A program made the translations under genes and the position numbers. Shown here piece after piece: positions 9,465 through 17,707 of a stretch of DNA of 64,000 bases. This DNA comes from a virus. Each line of letters starts with the position of its first letter. Position 1 is the stretch's first letter. The notes beneath the pieces are model-generated. The model did no database searches, was not told the DNA's origin, and saw only the letters and a list, made by a program, of their open reading frames with translations. The stretch spans positions 27,854-91,853 of the IMG/VR virus record IMGVR_UViG_3300037755_001058; one strand, given 5' to 3'.

Positions 9465-9880
9465 ATTACTACCTCGCAACCAAGCTCGAACGTGCCGAAG
9501 AAGCACGCGCAGTGCACTTCAACCTGGTTTCTCTCGATGTAGGCTTCAAGTGTACCTACGACTGGACAACCCATGGTTCGGTCAAGAACACCTCCAGGAT
9601 CCGTCTGGCAGAGGTTGGACTGAACGAGACCAAGGGTGTCCTCAGTGCTGACGTGGTGATCGTTCTTCTTCCTGGAGGGCGAGGCACCCACGCCGAGCTC
9701 GGAATCGCGATCGGCGCTGGCAAACGAGTGATCCTTCATTCGAAGACCGGCAATGAGTTCGAGGTCAACGACGGGACCTGTGCGTTCTACTGGCAGCCGC
9801 TGTGCGAGAGGGTCGTGGGAGACCTAACCGCGCTCGTCAAGTACCTCGCCGAGCCGGCCGTCGGGATGATCGTCAGGTGA
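9461..9880 (+). CDS. Nucleoside 2-deoxyribosyltransferase-like / (d)NMP N-glycosidase (DNPH1/MilB fold)
   Basis: YYLA, YDWT, GVLSADVVIVLLPGGRGTHAELGIAIGAGKRV (catalytic Glu motif GT.aElG.A). Confidence 0.75.
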   Translation: MNYYLATKLERAEEARAVHFNLVSLDVGFKCTYDWTTHGSVKNTSRIRLAEVGLNETKGVLSADVVIVLLPGGRGTHAELGIAIGAGKRVILHSKTGNEFEVNDGTCAFYWQPLCERVVGDLTALVKYLAEPAVGMIVR

Positions 9881-10758
9881 ACCCAGTCATCATCATCGAG
9901 GGTCCGGACGGGGTGGGCAAGACCACCCTGTGCGATGCCCTCGCACAGAGGTTTTTGGGCTCGTGTACGATTGTTCATTCCGTTCACTATGGCCCACCAC
10001 CCGGTGATGAACCAACCGCCCTGTACTACTGGGACGAGGTGGACAACATCCTGGGCCTGGCGAAGTCCGGTCCAGTGATCGTCGACAGATTCCATGTTGG
10101 TGAGATGGTCTACGGCCCGATCCTCCGGGGTGATGCTGGGATGAGCCTCGACGAGGCTTGTGTCATCGACATGCGACTGCAGGCCATCGGCGCCATGATG
10201 TGTCATTGTAGGCTATCATCCACAGACCTATCGTCCAGATTGCTGTCCAGGGACGGCGGCCTTCCGGATTCTGCTAGCGGCGCCGCGCTGGGCCACAGCG
10301 AAGCCGTTCGGGCAGCGTTCTTTGGGATGACCAACGGAGTGCTTCCGTCGTCTTGGGAGCAGCTCGATATGACCTGGTACCCAGCACAGCTGGTTCCACT
10401 GGTGGCGCTGTCGTCGATCTCCCTGAGCACATTCGGTGCGGAGGTTGGGGTCATCGGCAATGTCAGGTCTCCACAAGTGCTCATCAAGGTGCCGAACTCT
10501 GACATGGATACCCTCTCGAGGGTAGTTCGAGGTTTGAGGTTGGCGGGGATGGTACGGGTCTCTGCCATCGAATATGATGACACCGATCTGAACTACACAA
10601 CCGTATCTCGATCAGTAGCCATGGGGTTGTCACTGCATCGTACCCTCATGGAAAGGGGGTTCAAGCTCCCGTCTGTCGTGTCCACCGACGCGACTCCGGA
10701 AGATATCGCCGAGGCAGTACGAACCGCCGTGGTGGCACAGCCCAGTCCGGAAGGATAG
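9877..10758 (+). CDS. dNMP/thymidylate-kinase-like P-loop kinase with an extra C-terminal domain
   Basis: IIIEGPDGVGKTT and VIVDRFHVGEMVYGPILRG; GTG 9877 overlaps the upstream stop. Confidence 0.8.
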   Translation: MNPVIIIEGPDGVGKTTLCDALAQRFLGSCTIVHSVHYGPPPGDEPTALYYWDEVDNILGLAKSGPVIVDRFHVGEMVYGPILRGDAGMSLDEACVIDMRLQAIGAMMCHCRLSSTDLSSRLLSRDGGLPDSASGAALGHSEAVRAAFFGMTNGVLPSSWEQLDMTWYPAQLVPLVALSSISLSTFGAEVGVIGNVRSPQVLIKVPNSDMDTLSRVVRGLRLAGMVRVSAIEYDDTDLNYTTVSRSVAMGLSLHRTLMERGFKLPSVVSTDATPEDIAEAVRTAVVAQPSPEG

Positions 10759-10778
10759 ACACATGGGTGAGGTGAACG

Positions 10779-11033
10779 ATGAAGTTCAACGAGACGGCCA
10801 TCAAGGCGCTCCCGGAGCGAAACCAGAGAACGATCATGAACCTCCTCAAGGAGTTGGAGGTCTCCCCGGAGCGGGGGACCTTCGTGATCAGTCGGGAGAT
10901 CCTCGACCGGATGACCCCCCGGCAGCTCAGGACGCTCAGGCTGATGCGGCGCGTCCACGACGCGATGGACGTTCCGGTGGTGACACGAGGCCGTTCATCA
11001 ATCAAGCGGAAGGAGTCGACCGCGACGGAGTGA
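10779..11033 (+). CDS. Hypothetical protein
   Basis: GAGGTG SD; host-like codon usage; TGATG coupling to the next gene. Confidence 0.65.
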   Translation: MKFNETAIKALPERNQRTIMNLLKELEVSPERGTFVISREILDRMTPRQLRTLRLMRRVHDAMDVPVVTRGRSSIKRKESTATE

Positions 11034-11989
11034 TGTCATTCGGCTCGATGGATGAGCTCTTCAGGTTCGCCGTCTGGAAGTGCATCGAGCATGGACGGAT
11101 GACCAAGCCGAGGGGCTTTTCGGTTCTGGAGATCGCCACTCCCACCGTGCTCACCTTGCGGGACGTCCACAGGCCGTTCATCCACTCGCCTCTGCGACGG
11201 CCCAACTACCGATTCGGCCTGGTAGAGGCCGCATGGATCGCAGCCGGATCCGATCGTCTGGCCCACCTTTCCGCCGTGAACTCGCGGATGGCACGGTTCA
11301 GCGATGATGACTCCACGATGTGGGGTGGGTATGGGCCGCGCGTGATCGGTCAACTCGACCATGTCATCGAGACACTGCGGCGGGACAACGACAGTCGCCA
11401 GGCGGTCGTGACGACATGGCGACCCATGGTTCCACCGGTGGTGGGCAAGTCTCAAGGCCCGATTCGATCGGCTGGCCTGATGGCCACAGGTTCTGAGACG
11501 GTCAGTCCTACATGGGATGGCTACTCCTGGCGATCAAAGGACGTCCCGTGCACCGTAGCATGGCACTTCCAGTTGCGGAACGGCGGACTGGCTCTGACCG
11601 TATTCATGCGGTCTAACGACGTGTGGCTGGGGTTGCCGTACGACGTGCTGAGCTTCACCACCATCCAGCGTGTGGTTGCTTCTGCACTTGGTGTGAGACT
11701 CGGTGCGTACCACCATGTGGTCAGCAACCTTCATCTGTACCAGAAGAACTACGAGGCTGCTGTCAGTCTCATGGGGGAGACCGTCTCCAACGAGACTGTG
11801 GTGATGCCACCATTCGATGACCTGTTCCTCGGTGGCAGTAGTGATTCGATGTCGACGATCTTCAACACGACTCTCAACGGCTCTCTCATCTTGATGTCCA
11901 AGCCCGGGATGCAGCCGTTCATCTCGGCGGTGATTGGATCCGATGAATGGGACGACTTCCGAAAGCTCATGGCTGCTAACGGAAGGTGA
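11033..11989 (+). CDS. Thymidylate-synthase-fold pyrimidine C5 transferase, predicted dCMP-specific (hydroxymethylase/methylase)
   Basis: FSDD...YGPR, DSRQAV, KDVPC (catalytic Cys), MRSNDVWLGLPYD (Asp at the E. coli ThyA N177 position), NLHLY. Confidence 0.85.
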   Translation: MSFGSMDELFRFAVWKCIEHGRMTKPRGFSVLEIATPTVLTLRDVHRPFIHSPLRRPNYRFGLVEAAWIAAGSDRLAHLSAVNSRMARFSDDDSTMWGGYGPRVIGQLDHVIETLRRDNDSRQAVVTTWRPMVPPVVGKSQGPIRSAGLMATGSETVSPTWDGYSWRSKDVPCTVAWHFQLRNGGLALTVFMRSNDVWLGLPYDVLSFTTIQRVVASALGVRLGAYHHVVSNLHLYQKNYEAAVSLMGETVSNETVVMPPFDDLFLGGSSDSMSTIFNTTLNGSLILMSKPGMQPFISAVIGSDEWDDFRKLMAANGR

Positions 11990-12001
11990 TAGGATCTCAG
12001 T

Positions 12002-14389
12002 ATGCTCGACGCCTCCTACAGGATCTGTTGGTCTATCGACTCTTGGGTATCAACCCTTCGAGAGGCTCAGGATTCGTGGATAGTTGGGTATGACTTCGAA
12101 ACCTGTCCTGACAGGTTCCATGCCGACTACCACCCGAAGAAGGGTCGCGATGGCAAGCCGAGTAAGTGCATCCCCAGCGCTCTTCGTCCTGAGGATGGAG
12201 CAAGAATCGCGGGCATAGCCATTTCATGGCTCGACACCAATGACCGAATCAGGTCCGCGTACGCCCCCATCAGGCACGATCCACGGTTCGCGGGTGGTGA
12301 TCAGCTTGACCCATTGCAGGTCTGTAAGGCATTCAGCGACTTCATCGCCGACAGGCCTGCTGATAGGTATCTGGTTGTTCACAATCTCATGATGGAGCTT
12401 AGTTGTCAGCTGGCCGAGAATATCGTGTGGCCGAAGGAGGGGCAACTTCACGACATTCAGATCGCGGCCAGGGTTCTCAACCGGGGAGTAGGATTCCAGG
12501 AGCTGATCGGCCTCAAGCCACTCCAGGCCGAGGTGTTGAAGCGAGACATGGGGTCCAAGAACGACTTGGATCGTTGGCTGAAGGCCCATAGGTTCAAGCC
12601 TGGTCGTGACATCTGGAGAGCCCCTGCACCATTGGCCGGTTGGTACGCTCAGGATGATGCCCGTGACACTCTCGAGATCTGTCTGAAGTGGTGGAAGCTG
12701 ATTCATCAGCCACCTACCAGATGGTGGTGGCACAGGGCACCAGATAGGTCTCAGCGCCTGGACCTGTACGAACTCGAGATTCGTGCGGCTATTGAAGCCA
12801 CAATCTCATGCATGCGTGGGACACGGTACGATGCACCCTTCTGCCGGCGTCAAGGACGCGCGGCCGAGGTACTGCAGTCCATCGCTCGCGACTGGATCCG
12901 AGGATACCTGGGAATGCCGGCCCTCAATCCAGGAAGCCAAACCCAGCTCAGAGGTGTTCTGTTCGGAACTCGGTTCAACTTCGAAGTCTCGCTCGAGCAC
13001 ACGACGGAGAGCTTCAAGAAGCTACCAGAGCGTGAACAGGCATCGACAATAGCTGGGCATGGCAAGGCACCTCTGGTGAGTTACGCCTCTCTCGATGTTG
13101 ATGCCCTCAAGTACTACGAGTCCAAGTACATAGAACACGCGGACCTGCTGTTCATGCTGGCTGTGTACCGTAAGTGCTCCACAGCCATATCGTGGTTCGA
13201 TGACAGGGTCCTGCAGTTCGGCGTTCGTGGATCTCCAGATCCATGGTGGAATTCAGACGCTGGTTCGTACCTGAACTTGATGTTCCATCGTCTGAGGACG
13301 GTAGGGACCGGCCCGGGCCGGATGAGCAGTTCAGACTACAACGCTCAGCAGGTGCCGAAGCGACTGAAGATGCTGCTGAACGCAGCTCGGCTATTCCGTA
13401 TCCTGGAGGAGGTCATGCACCCGTCCAGGCTAAACGGAATCATGTCGATTCTGATTAGAGTACCGTGTAAGGAGGGCGACGAGGCGAAGGTCCTTGGACT
13501 GCAGCCTGGTGACGAGGTGGTGGACTTCTCCATCAGGAGAATGTTTATCTCCAGGCCGGAGTTCAACCTCAGGACGTTCGACCTCTCACAGGTCGAGATG
13601 CGTGGGTTTGCCCATTACACGGGTAATCGCCTACTGTGTAACGGGTACGGGCCACCGTTGGCTAACGTCGCGGCCTTAGCAGAGTTAGACGCCGTCCAAG
13701 CTCTCATGGAGGAACGTGAGCCTGATTGGTCGAATGTCGATGTTGAACGCCATGTTAGGATGGAGGAGAACGAGTTCGACATTCATGGATTCGTCAGTGA
13801 CGAGCTGAGCATCTCACGCAAGGGTGGAAAGGGGATCAACTTTGGGCTCGTCTACGGAATGGGTGAAAAGAAGCTGGCTCGAGGTCTAGGGTGGTCACCT
13901 GGCGACGGAAAGCTGTACCTAGCCAGATACCATGCCAAGTTTCCAGAGATCAGGCAGATGCAGGGAAAGATCGTCATCGCCCTGAGGAGCAGGGGATACG
14001 TCTTCGATCCATTCGGCAGACGTTACTACCTACCGGTGGCCAGAGCGTACGTAGGCTTGAACCGCCTGATCCAAGGGTGGGCTGCCACTGCGTTCAAGGT
14101 GGGATTCGTCAGGACCTCCGAGGTGTTCAGGTCACCAGGGTTCGGTGGTGGGTCTATCGATTCTGTCACTGGACTCCGTCGTAGTGATGGAGCCAGAATC
14201 CTCACCTGTATCCATGACGAGCAGATGGGTGAGATCCACAGGTCGCTCGATAATGTCAGGACTGACTGGGTGGTCAGGTCGTGCATGACGAACCTGTTCG
14301 GATTGAACGTACCGCTAGCATCGTCATCTGAACGTTCCGACGGCCCGTGGGACAATGCTACCGGTGTCTCGGCTAAACTACCAGTATGA
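12002..14389 (+). CDS. polA: Family A DNA polymerase with 3'-5' exonuclease
   Basis: ExoI YDFET, ExoII HNLMMEL, ExoIII YAQDD, motif A DLSQVEMR, motif B RKGGKGINFGLVYG, motif C IHDE. Confidence 0.93.
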   Translation: MLDASYRICWSIDSWVSTLREAQDSWIVGYDFETCPDRFHADYHPKKGRDGKPSKCIPSALRPEDGARIAGIAISWLDTNDRIRSAYAPIRHDPRFAGGDQLDPLQVCKAFSDFIADRPADRYLVVHNLMMELSCQLAENIVWPKEGQLHDIQIAARVLNRGVGFQELIGLKPLQAEVLKRDMGSKNDLDRWLKAHRFKPGRDIWRAPAPLAGWYAQDDARDTLEICLKWWKLIHQPPTRWWWHRAPDRSQRLDLYELEIRAAIEATISCMRGTRYDAPFCRRQGRAAEVLQSIARDWIRGYLGMPALNPGSQTQLRGVLFGTRFNFEVSLEHTTESFKKLPEREQASTIAGHGKAPLVSYASLDVDALKYYESKYIEHADLLFMLAVYRKCSTAISWFDDRVLQFGVRGSPDPWWNSDAGSYLNLMFHRLRTVGTGPGRMSSSDYNAQQVPKRLKMLLNAARLFRILEEVMHPSRLNGIMSILIRVPCKEGDEAKVLGLQPGDEVVDFSIRRMFISRPEFNLRTFDLSQVEMRGFAHYTGNRLLCNGYGPPLANVAALAELDAVQALMEEREPDWSNVDVERHVRMEENEFDIHGFVSDELSISRKGGKGINFGLVYGMGEKKLARGLGWSPGDGKLYLARYHAKFPEIRQMQGKIVIALRSRGYVFDPFGRRYYLPVARAYVGLNRLIQGWAATAFKVGFVRTSEVFRSPGFGGGSIDSVTGLRRSDGARILTCIHDEQMGEIHRSLDNVRTDWVVRSCMTNLFGLNVPLASSSERSDGPWDNATGVSAKLPV

Positions 14390-14399
14390 GGAGGACGCA

Positions 14400-14795
14400 G
14401 TGGCAGAAGGATCTGAGGATCTGGAGCGGAACAAGGAAGGCAAGAAGTGGAAGAACGACAAGCAGAGCCGCCGCGAGAACCATGTCATCATCGAGGAGAG
14501 GACGCTGCTGACCTTGGTGAAGTCGGGTAACGTCGACATCAGGGTCGAAGTCAAGCGTCACATGACCAAGAAGAATCAGATCCCGCAGAACTTCATCGAC
14601 ATTCGTGAGTGGTGGTACGCTCAAGGCCCGGACGAACCGCCCGTCCCGAAGAGGGCCGGGGTGATGCTACACCGTGAGCACATGGGCCGCATCATCGAGG
14701 CCATCTTGAAAGAGTTGGCCGTAGGTGAGATCAGCGAGGAGCACCTCGAGAGCATCTCGGTCGAGATAGAGAGGATCGGTGCCACCGAACCCTGA
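14400..14795 (+). CDS. PC4-like ssDNA-binding protein
   Basis: FIDIREWWY...PVPKRAGVML matches the PC4 signature; GAGGAGG before GTG 14400. Confidence 0.75.
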   Translation: MAEGSEDLERNKEGKKWKNDKQSRRENHVIIEERTLLTLVKSGNVDIRVEVKRHMTKKNQIPQNFIDIREWWYAQGPDEPPVPKRAGVMLHREHMGRIIEAILKELAVGEISEEHLESISVEIERIGATEP

Positions 14796-15180
14796 AACCA
14801 AGATCACGGTGACCATAAGGAAGCACCTCGAGACTCGAGGTGCACACTTCGTGAAGCTGAGCGACAGTTTCACCCGTGGAGTTCCTGACGCCCTGGTCGT
14901 TACCAACCGACCTGTCATGGTAGAATTCAAGGTCGACAGGCTTGTTGGTACCGATATGATGAGGACGTATCGATCTCTAGGGTTGTCAGGCGCTCAGGAC
15001 CACCACATCAAGGCCCTGCATCGACGGTGTCTGAACTCGGCGGCTGTTGTCACCAACACCGCCCGTGAGAATCGACTTCGGGTGTGGGTCCCACTCAACC
15101 CGCACGACGAGAAAAACGAGACGTACATCTGCATCGCCGAAGGATGGAGGGAGTTCGATCTGTTCATGGGAGTCGCATGA
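14779..15180 (+). CDS. VRR-NUC nuclease / Holliday junction resolvase
   Basis: PETKI...RGVPDALV...MVEFK...LSGAQ. Confidence 0.8.
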   Translation: MPPNPETKITVTIRKHLETRGAHFVKLSDSFTRGVPDALVVTNRPVMVEFKVDRLVGTDMMRTYRSLGLSGAQDHHIKALHRRCLNSAAVVTNTARENRLRVWVPLNPHDEKNETYICIAEGWREFDLFMGVA

Positions 15181-15653
15181 TGGACAGCCCACCAGACCTT
15201 AGGGTGCTGTTGGTGGAGCTCGCCCGGGAGCTCAATCGGATTCGTCCTGAATCCGTTCTGGGTGCGGAGCTGGAGCGAGTATCCACGGCCAAGAACACGT
15301 TGTTAGTGCTCAGTCGTGTTCTAACGGCCATGGCCGTTCGGGCCGGCGTATCGAAGGATGCGGTTGACAGGGCCGTGGCCAAGGCCCGTCGGGCTAACGA
15401 ACCCAAGCAGGGTGACATGTTCGTTCCTGTTGTGGTCAGCCCGGTTGCTGAGACGTTGACGACTACCACGGATTGGTACATCATCGCTGAGGTTGACCTG
15501 GTGCTTCTCAAGCACCGAACGGAACTTCCAGACTGGTTCGTTAACGATTTCTGGCCAGGCTGCATACGGCGCGCGGCTCAGGGCCTGAGGTTGACTGATC
15601 GAGAGCGAGCAATTGCCGAGTACCAAGCCAGTAAGGCCAGGGGGGAACGGTGA
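15177..15653 (+). CDS. Hypothetical protein
   Basis: Fills the gap between neighbours with ATGA/GTGA overlaps. Confidence 0.6.
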   Translation: MMDSPPDLRVLLVELARELNRIRPESVLGAELERVSTAKNTLLVLSRVLTAMAVRAGVSKDAVDRAVAKARRANEPKQGDMFVPVVVSPVAETLTTTTDWYIIAEVDLVLLKHRTELPDWFVNDFWPGCIRRAAQGLRLTDRERAIAEYQASKARGER

Positions 15654-16114
15654 TGAGGCCATCTTGGGACGAGTACTTCATGCACATGGCGGTGATGATC
15701 TCCACCAGATCGACGTGTGACCGTCGCAGGGTGGGGTGCGTACTGGTGTCGCCTCAGTGGAATGTGGTGAGCACCGGGTACAATGGCTCGGCTCCTGGAA
15801 CTGAACACTGTGACGATACGGGTCACATCATGCACGATGGGCACTGCGTTCGTACCATCCATGCCGAACGCAACGCCATCGCCCATGCTGCCAAGCGCGG
15901 AGTGGCTACCGACAGGACTACGGCGTACATCACCACGATGCCGTGTCCCACGTGCATCACCGATCTTGTTGCAGCAGGGATCAAGTCGGTGGTCTTCCTA
16001 GAAGGCTACCACGACGAGGAGGATCAGGTCACTCGTCGCTTGGCCGCGGCGAGCGGTGTCGTGCTGTACGAATACGACGGGAGAAAGACATGGGAAAGTC
16101 CGATCGACCGGTGA
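15650..16114 (+). CDS. dCMP deaminase (ComEB-like)
   Basis: RPSWDEYFM, RSTC.RR.VG, TGYNG, HAERNA, PCPTC. Confidence 0.93.
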   Translation: MMRPSWDEYFMHMAVMISTRSTCDRRRVGCVLVSPQWNVVSTGYNGSAPGTEHCDDTGHIMHDGHCVRTIHAERNAIAHAAKRGVATDRTTAYITTMPCPTCITDLVAAGIKSVVFLEGYHDEEDQVTRRLAAASGVVLYEYDGRKTWESPIDR

Positions 16115-16758
16115 GAATAGCTCTCATCGGAGCATCAGGTACTGGCAAGACCACGCTGGCAACCCACATCTCCACCACGTTCGGGATTCCCATGAACCCA
16201 CACGGTTCCAGGTCCACAGCCGCCGCCATGGGTTTCGGTAGCCCGTACGACGTGGATAGGGCATCGAAGCAGGCGTACAAGGCAGCCCTCATGGAGGGGT
16301 ACGACCCCAAGTCGGCTGCACAAATCTCCATGATAGATTGGGCCACCTACGGCCGTGGTGGTACGGTACGACCGCTGTTCCAGACCGGTCTTCAGAAGAC
16401 GAAGATAGAATGGGAACGTGCCAACCTCCCCTTCGTCACGGATAGAACCACTATCGACGACCTGTGCTACGCCCTGCTACACTGCGTCGAGGTCGTGAAC
16501 TATGAGTTTCTAGAGGCGGCTCGTGCGCACATGGCCATCTACGATCTGGTGGTGTACTGTCCCGCCTACGCATTCATCAACCTGGGTGACGACCCTGCGA
16601 GGCTGTCCAGTCGAGCGTACCATACCACATTCGACATCATGCTGTCTGGGTTCATGCACTCGTGGGACATCATGCGAAATGCGTTGGTGCTGGACACTTC
16701 AGACCTGAACTGGCGGTGTGAGGCTACTGAACTGGCTGTACGTGCCATCGCGTCCTGA
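16111..16758 (+). CDS. P-loop nucleotide kinase-like protein (AAA_28/NadR-type)
   Basis: RIALIGASGTGKTTLA, FVTDRTTIDDLCY. Confidence 0.75.
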   Translation: MRIALIGASGTGKTTLATHISTTFGIPMNPHGSRSTAAAMGFGSPYDVDRASKQAYKAALMEGYDPKSAAQISMIDWATYGRGGTVRPLFQTGLQKTKIEWERANLPFVTDRTTIDDLCYALLHCVEVVNYEFLEAARAHMAIYDLVVYCPAYAFINLGDDPARLSSRAYHTTFDIMLSGFMHSWDIMRNALVLDTSDLNWRCEATELAVRAIAS

Positions 16759-16791
16759 GCGGAATAGCGAAGTAACCCCGCTGATACCATA

Positions 16792-16825
16792 TTGACACCA
16801 TACGACGTGTTGATGTGGTATAGAT
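16792..16825 (+). promoter_or_regulatory. Possible sigma70-type promoter
   Basis: TTGACA at 16792 and TGGTATAGAT downstream; spacing is longer than ideal. Confidence 0.3.
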
Positions 16826-16877
16826 GTGAGAAGCTCACCATACCCCCCCTCTCCACCACAAGACAGAGAAACGAACC

Positions 16878-17627
16878 ATGGCTACCAAAAACGAGATGAG
16901 GGACGAAATCTGTCGGGCGGAGCCCGACAACGTGGTAGCCACCAACAAGAAGGCATCGCACGCGGAGCTCAAGGCAGAGCTCTCAAAAATTCATGACCGA
17001 CTCAACTCCGTGGCAGATCGTCCTGCTCCTGTCGAGCCCGTGTCTGTGGCACTGCACTTCCGGATCGATGGCGAGAACGTCACCTGGAAGTACGCAGATG
17101 CAGACGGCAACATGTCTGTCCTGAAGGTCGGCGAATCGATGCCAGGTATCGGTCACACCGTACTTCTCGATGATGGAAGGCCGGCGACCATCACGAGTCG
17201 GTCCGGTGGCCTGCCCATCACCGCAGGAGACCTCGTCACCATCGAGGTGTTCGACCCACGACGAGTGTACGAGACCCCGAACAGAACCAAGGTGGTCTTC
17301 AAGCGTGCGGATCGAGGCAGAACGGTGCTATGGTCCTACACCGCTCAGGGTGAGATCGCGATCGGAGGCCATGTGGTGCTATCGCGCACAGACAGCACCG
17401 CCAAGCCGACATCCCAGCGAAAGAAGCGGATGAGCCAAAAGGCGTTGGCAGCCTGGCTCATCGCCAACGATCCGACCATCACCGGCAAAGAGCTGACGGC
17501 GGCGATTCGCGATGCGTTCCCGTCCAGTAACGTCAGTGACCGACACGGCCCCCACTACCTCTCGTTGTCGCGACACGGTAGGCTCCCGGAGCCTACCGAC
17601 GATGATCCAAGGACCTGGGAGGAATGA
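16878..17627 (+). CDS. Hypothetical protein with a possible C-terminal DNA-binding helical domain
   Basis: Long ORF after an intergenic gap; basic RKKR followed by a helical segment. Confidence 0.7.
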   Translation: MATKNEMRDEICRAEPDNVVATNKKASHAELKAELSKIHDRLNSVADRPAPVEPVSVALHFRIDGENVTWKYADADGNMSVLKVGESMPGIGHTVLLDDGRPATITSRSGGLPITAGDLVTIEVFDPRRVYETPNRTKVVFKRADRGRTVLWSYTAQGEIAIGGHVVLSRTDSTAKPTSQRKKRMSQKALAAWLIANDPTITGKELTAAIRDAFPSSNVSDRHGPHYLSLSRHGRLPEPTDDDPRTWEE

Positions 17628-17707
17628 CGAAACCCACTTTTAATTGGCACGGGGAGGTTGGCTAAACTACCTGGACTATACCACCACACCAACCAGGAGA
17701 GTGGCGC

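Noticed and set aside
10763-11032. N-terminal extension of the ThyA-fold ORF
   Set aside because: Low-complexity off-frame reading of the better supported 10779-11033 gene; the TS fold starts near 11033
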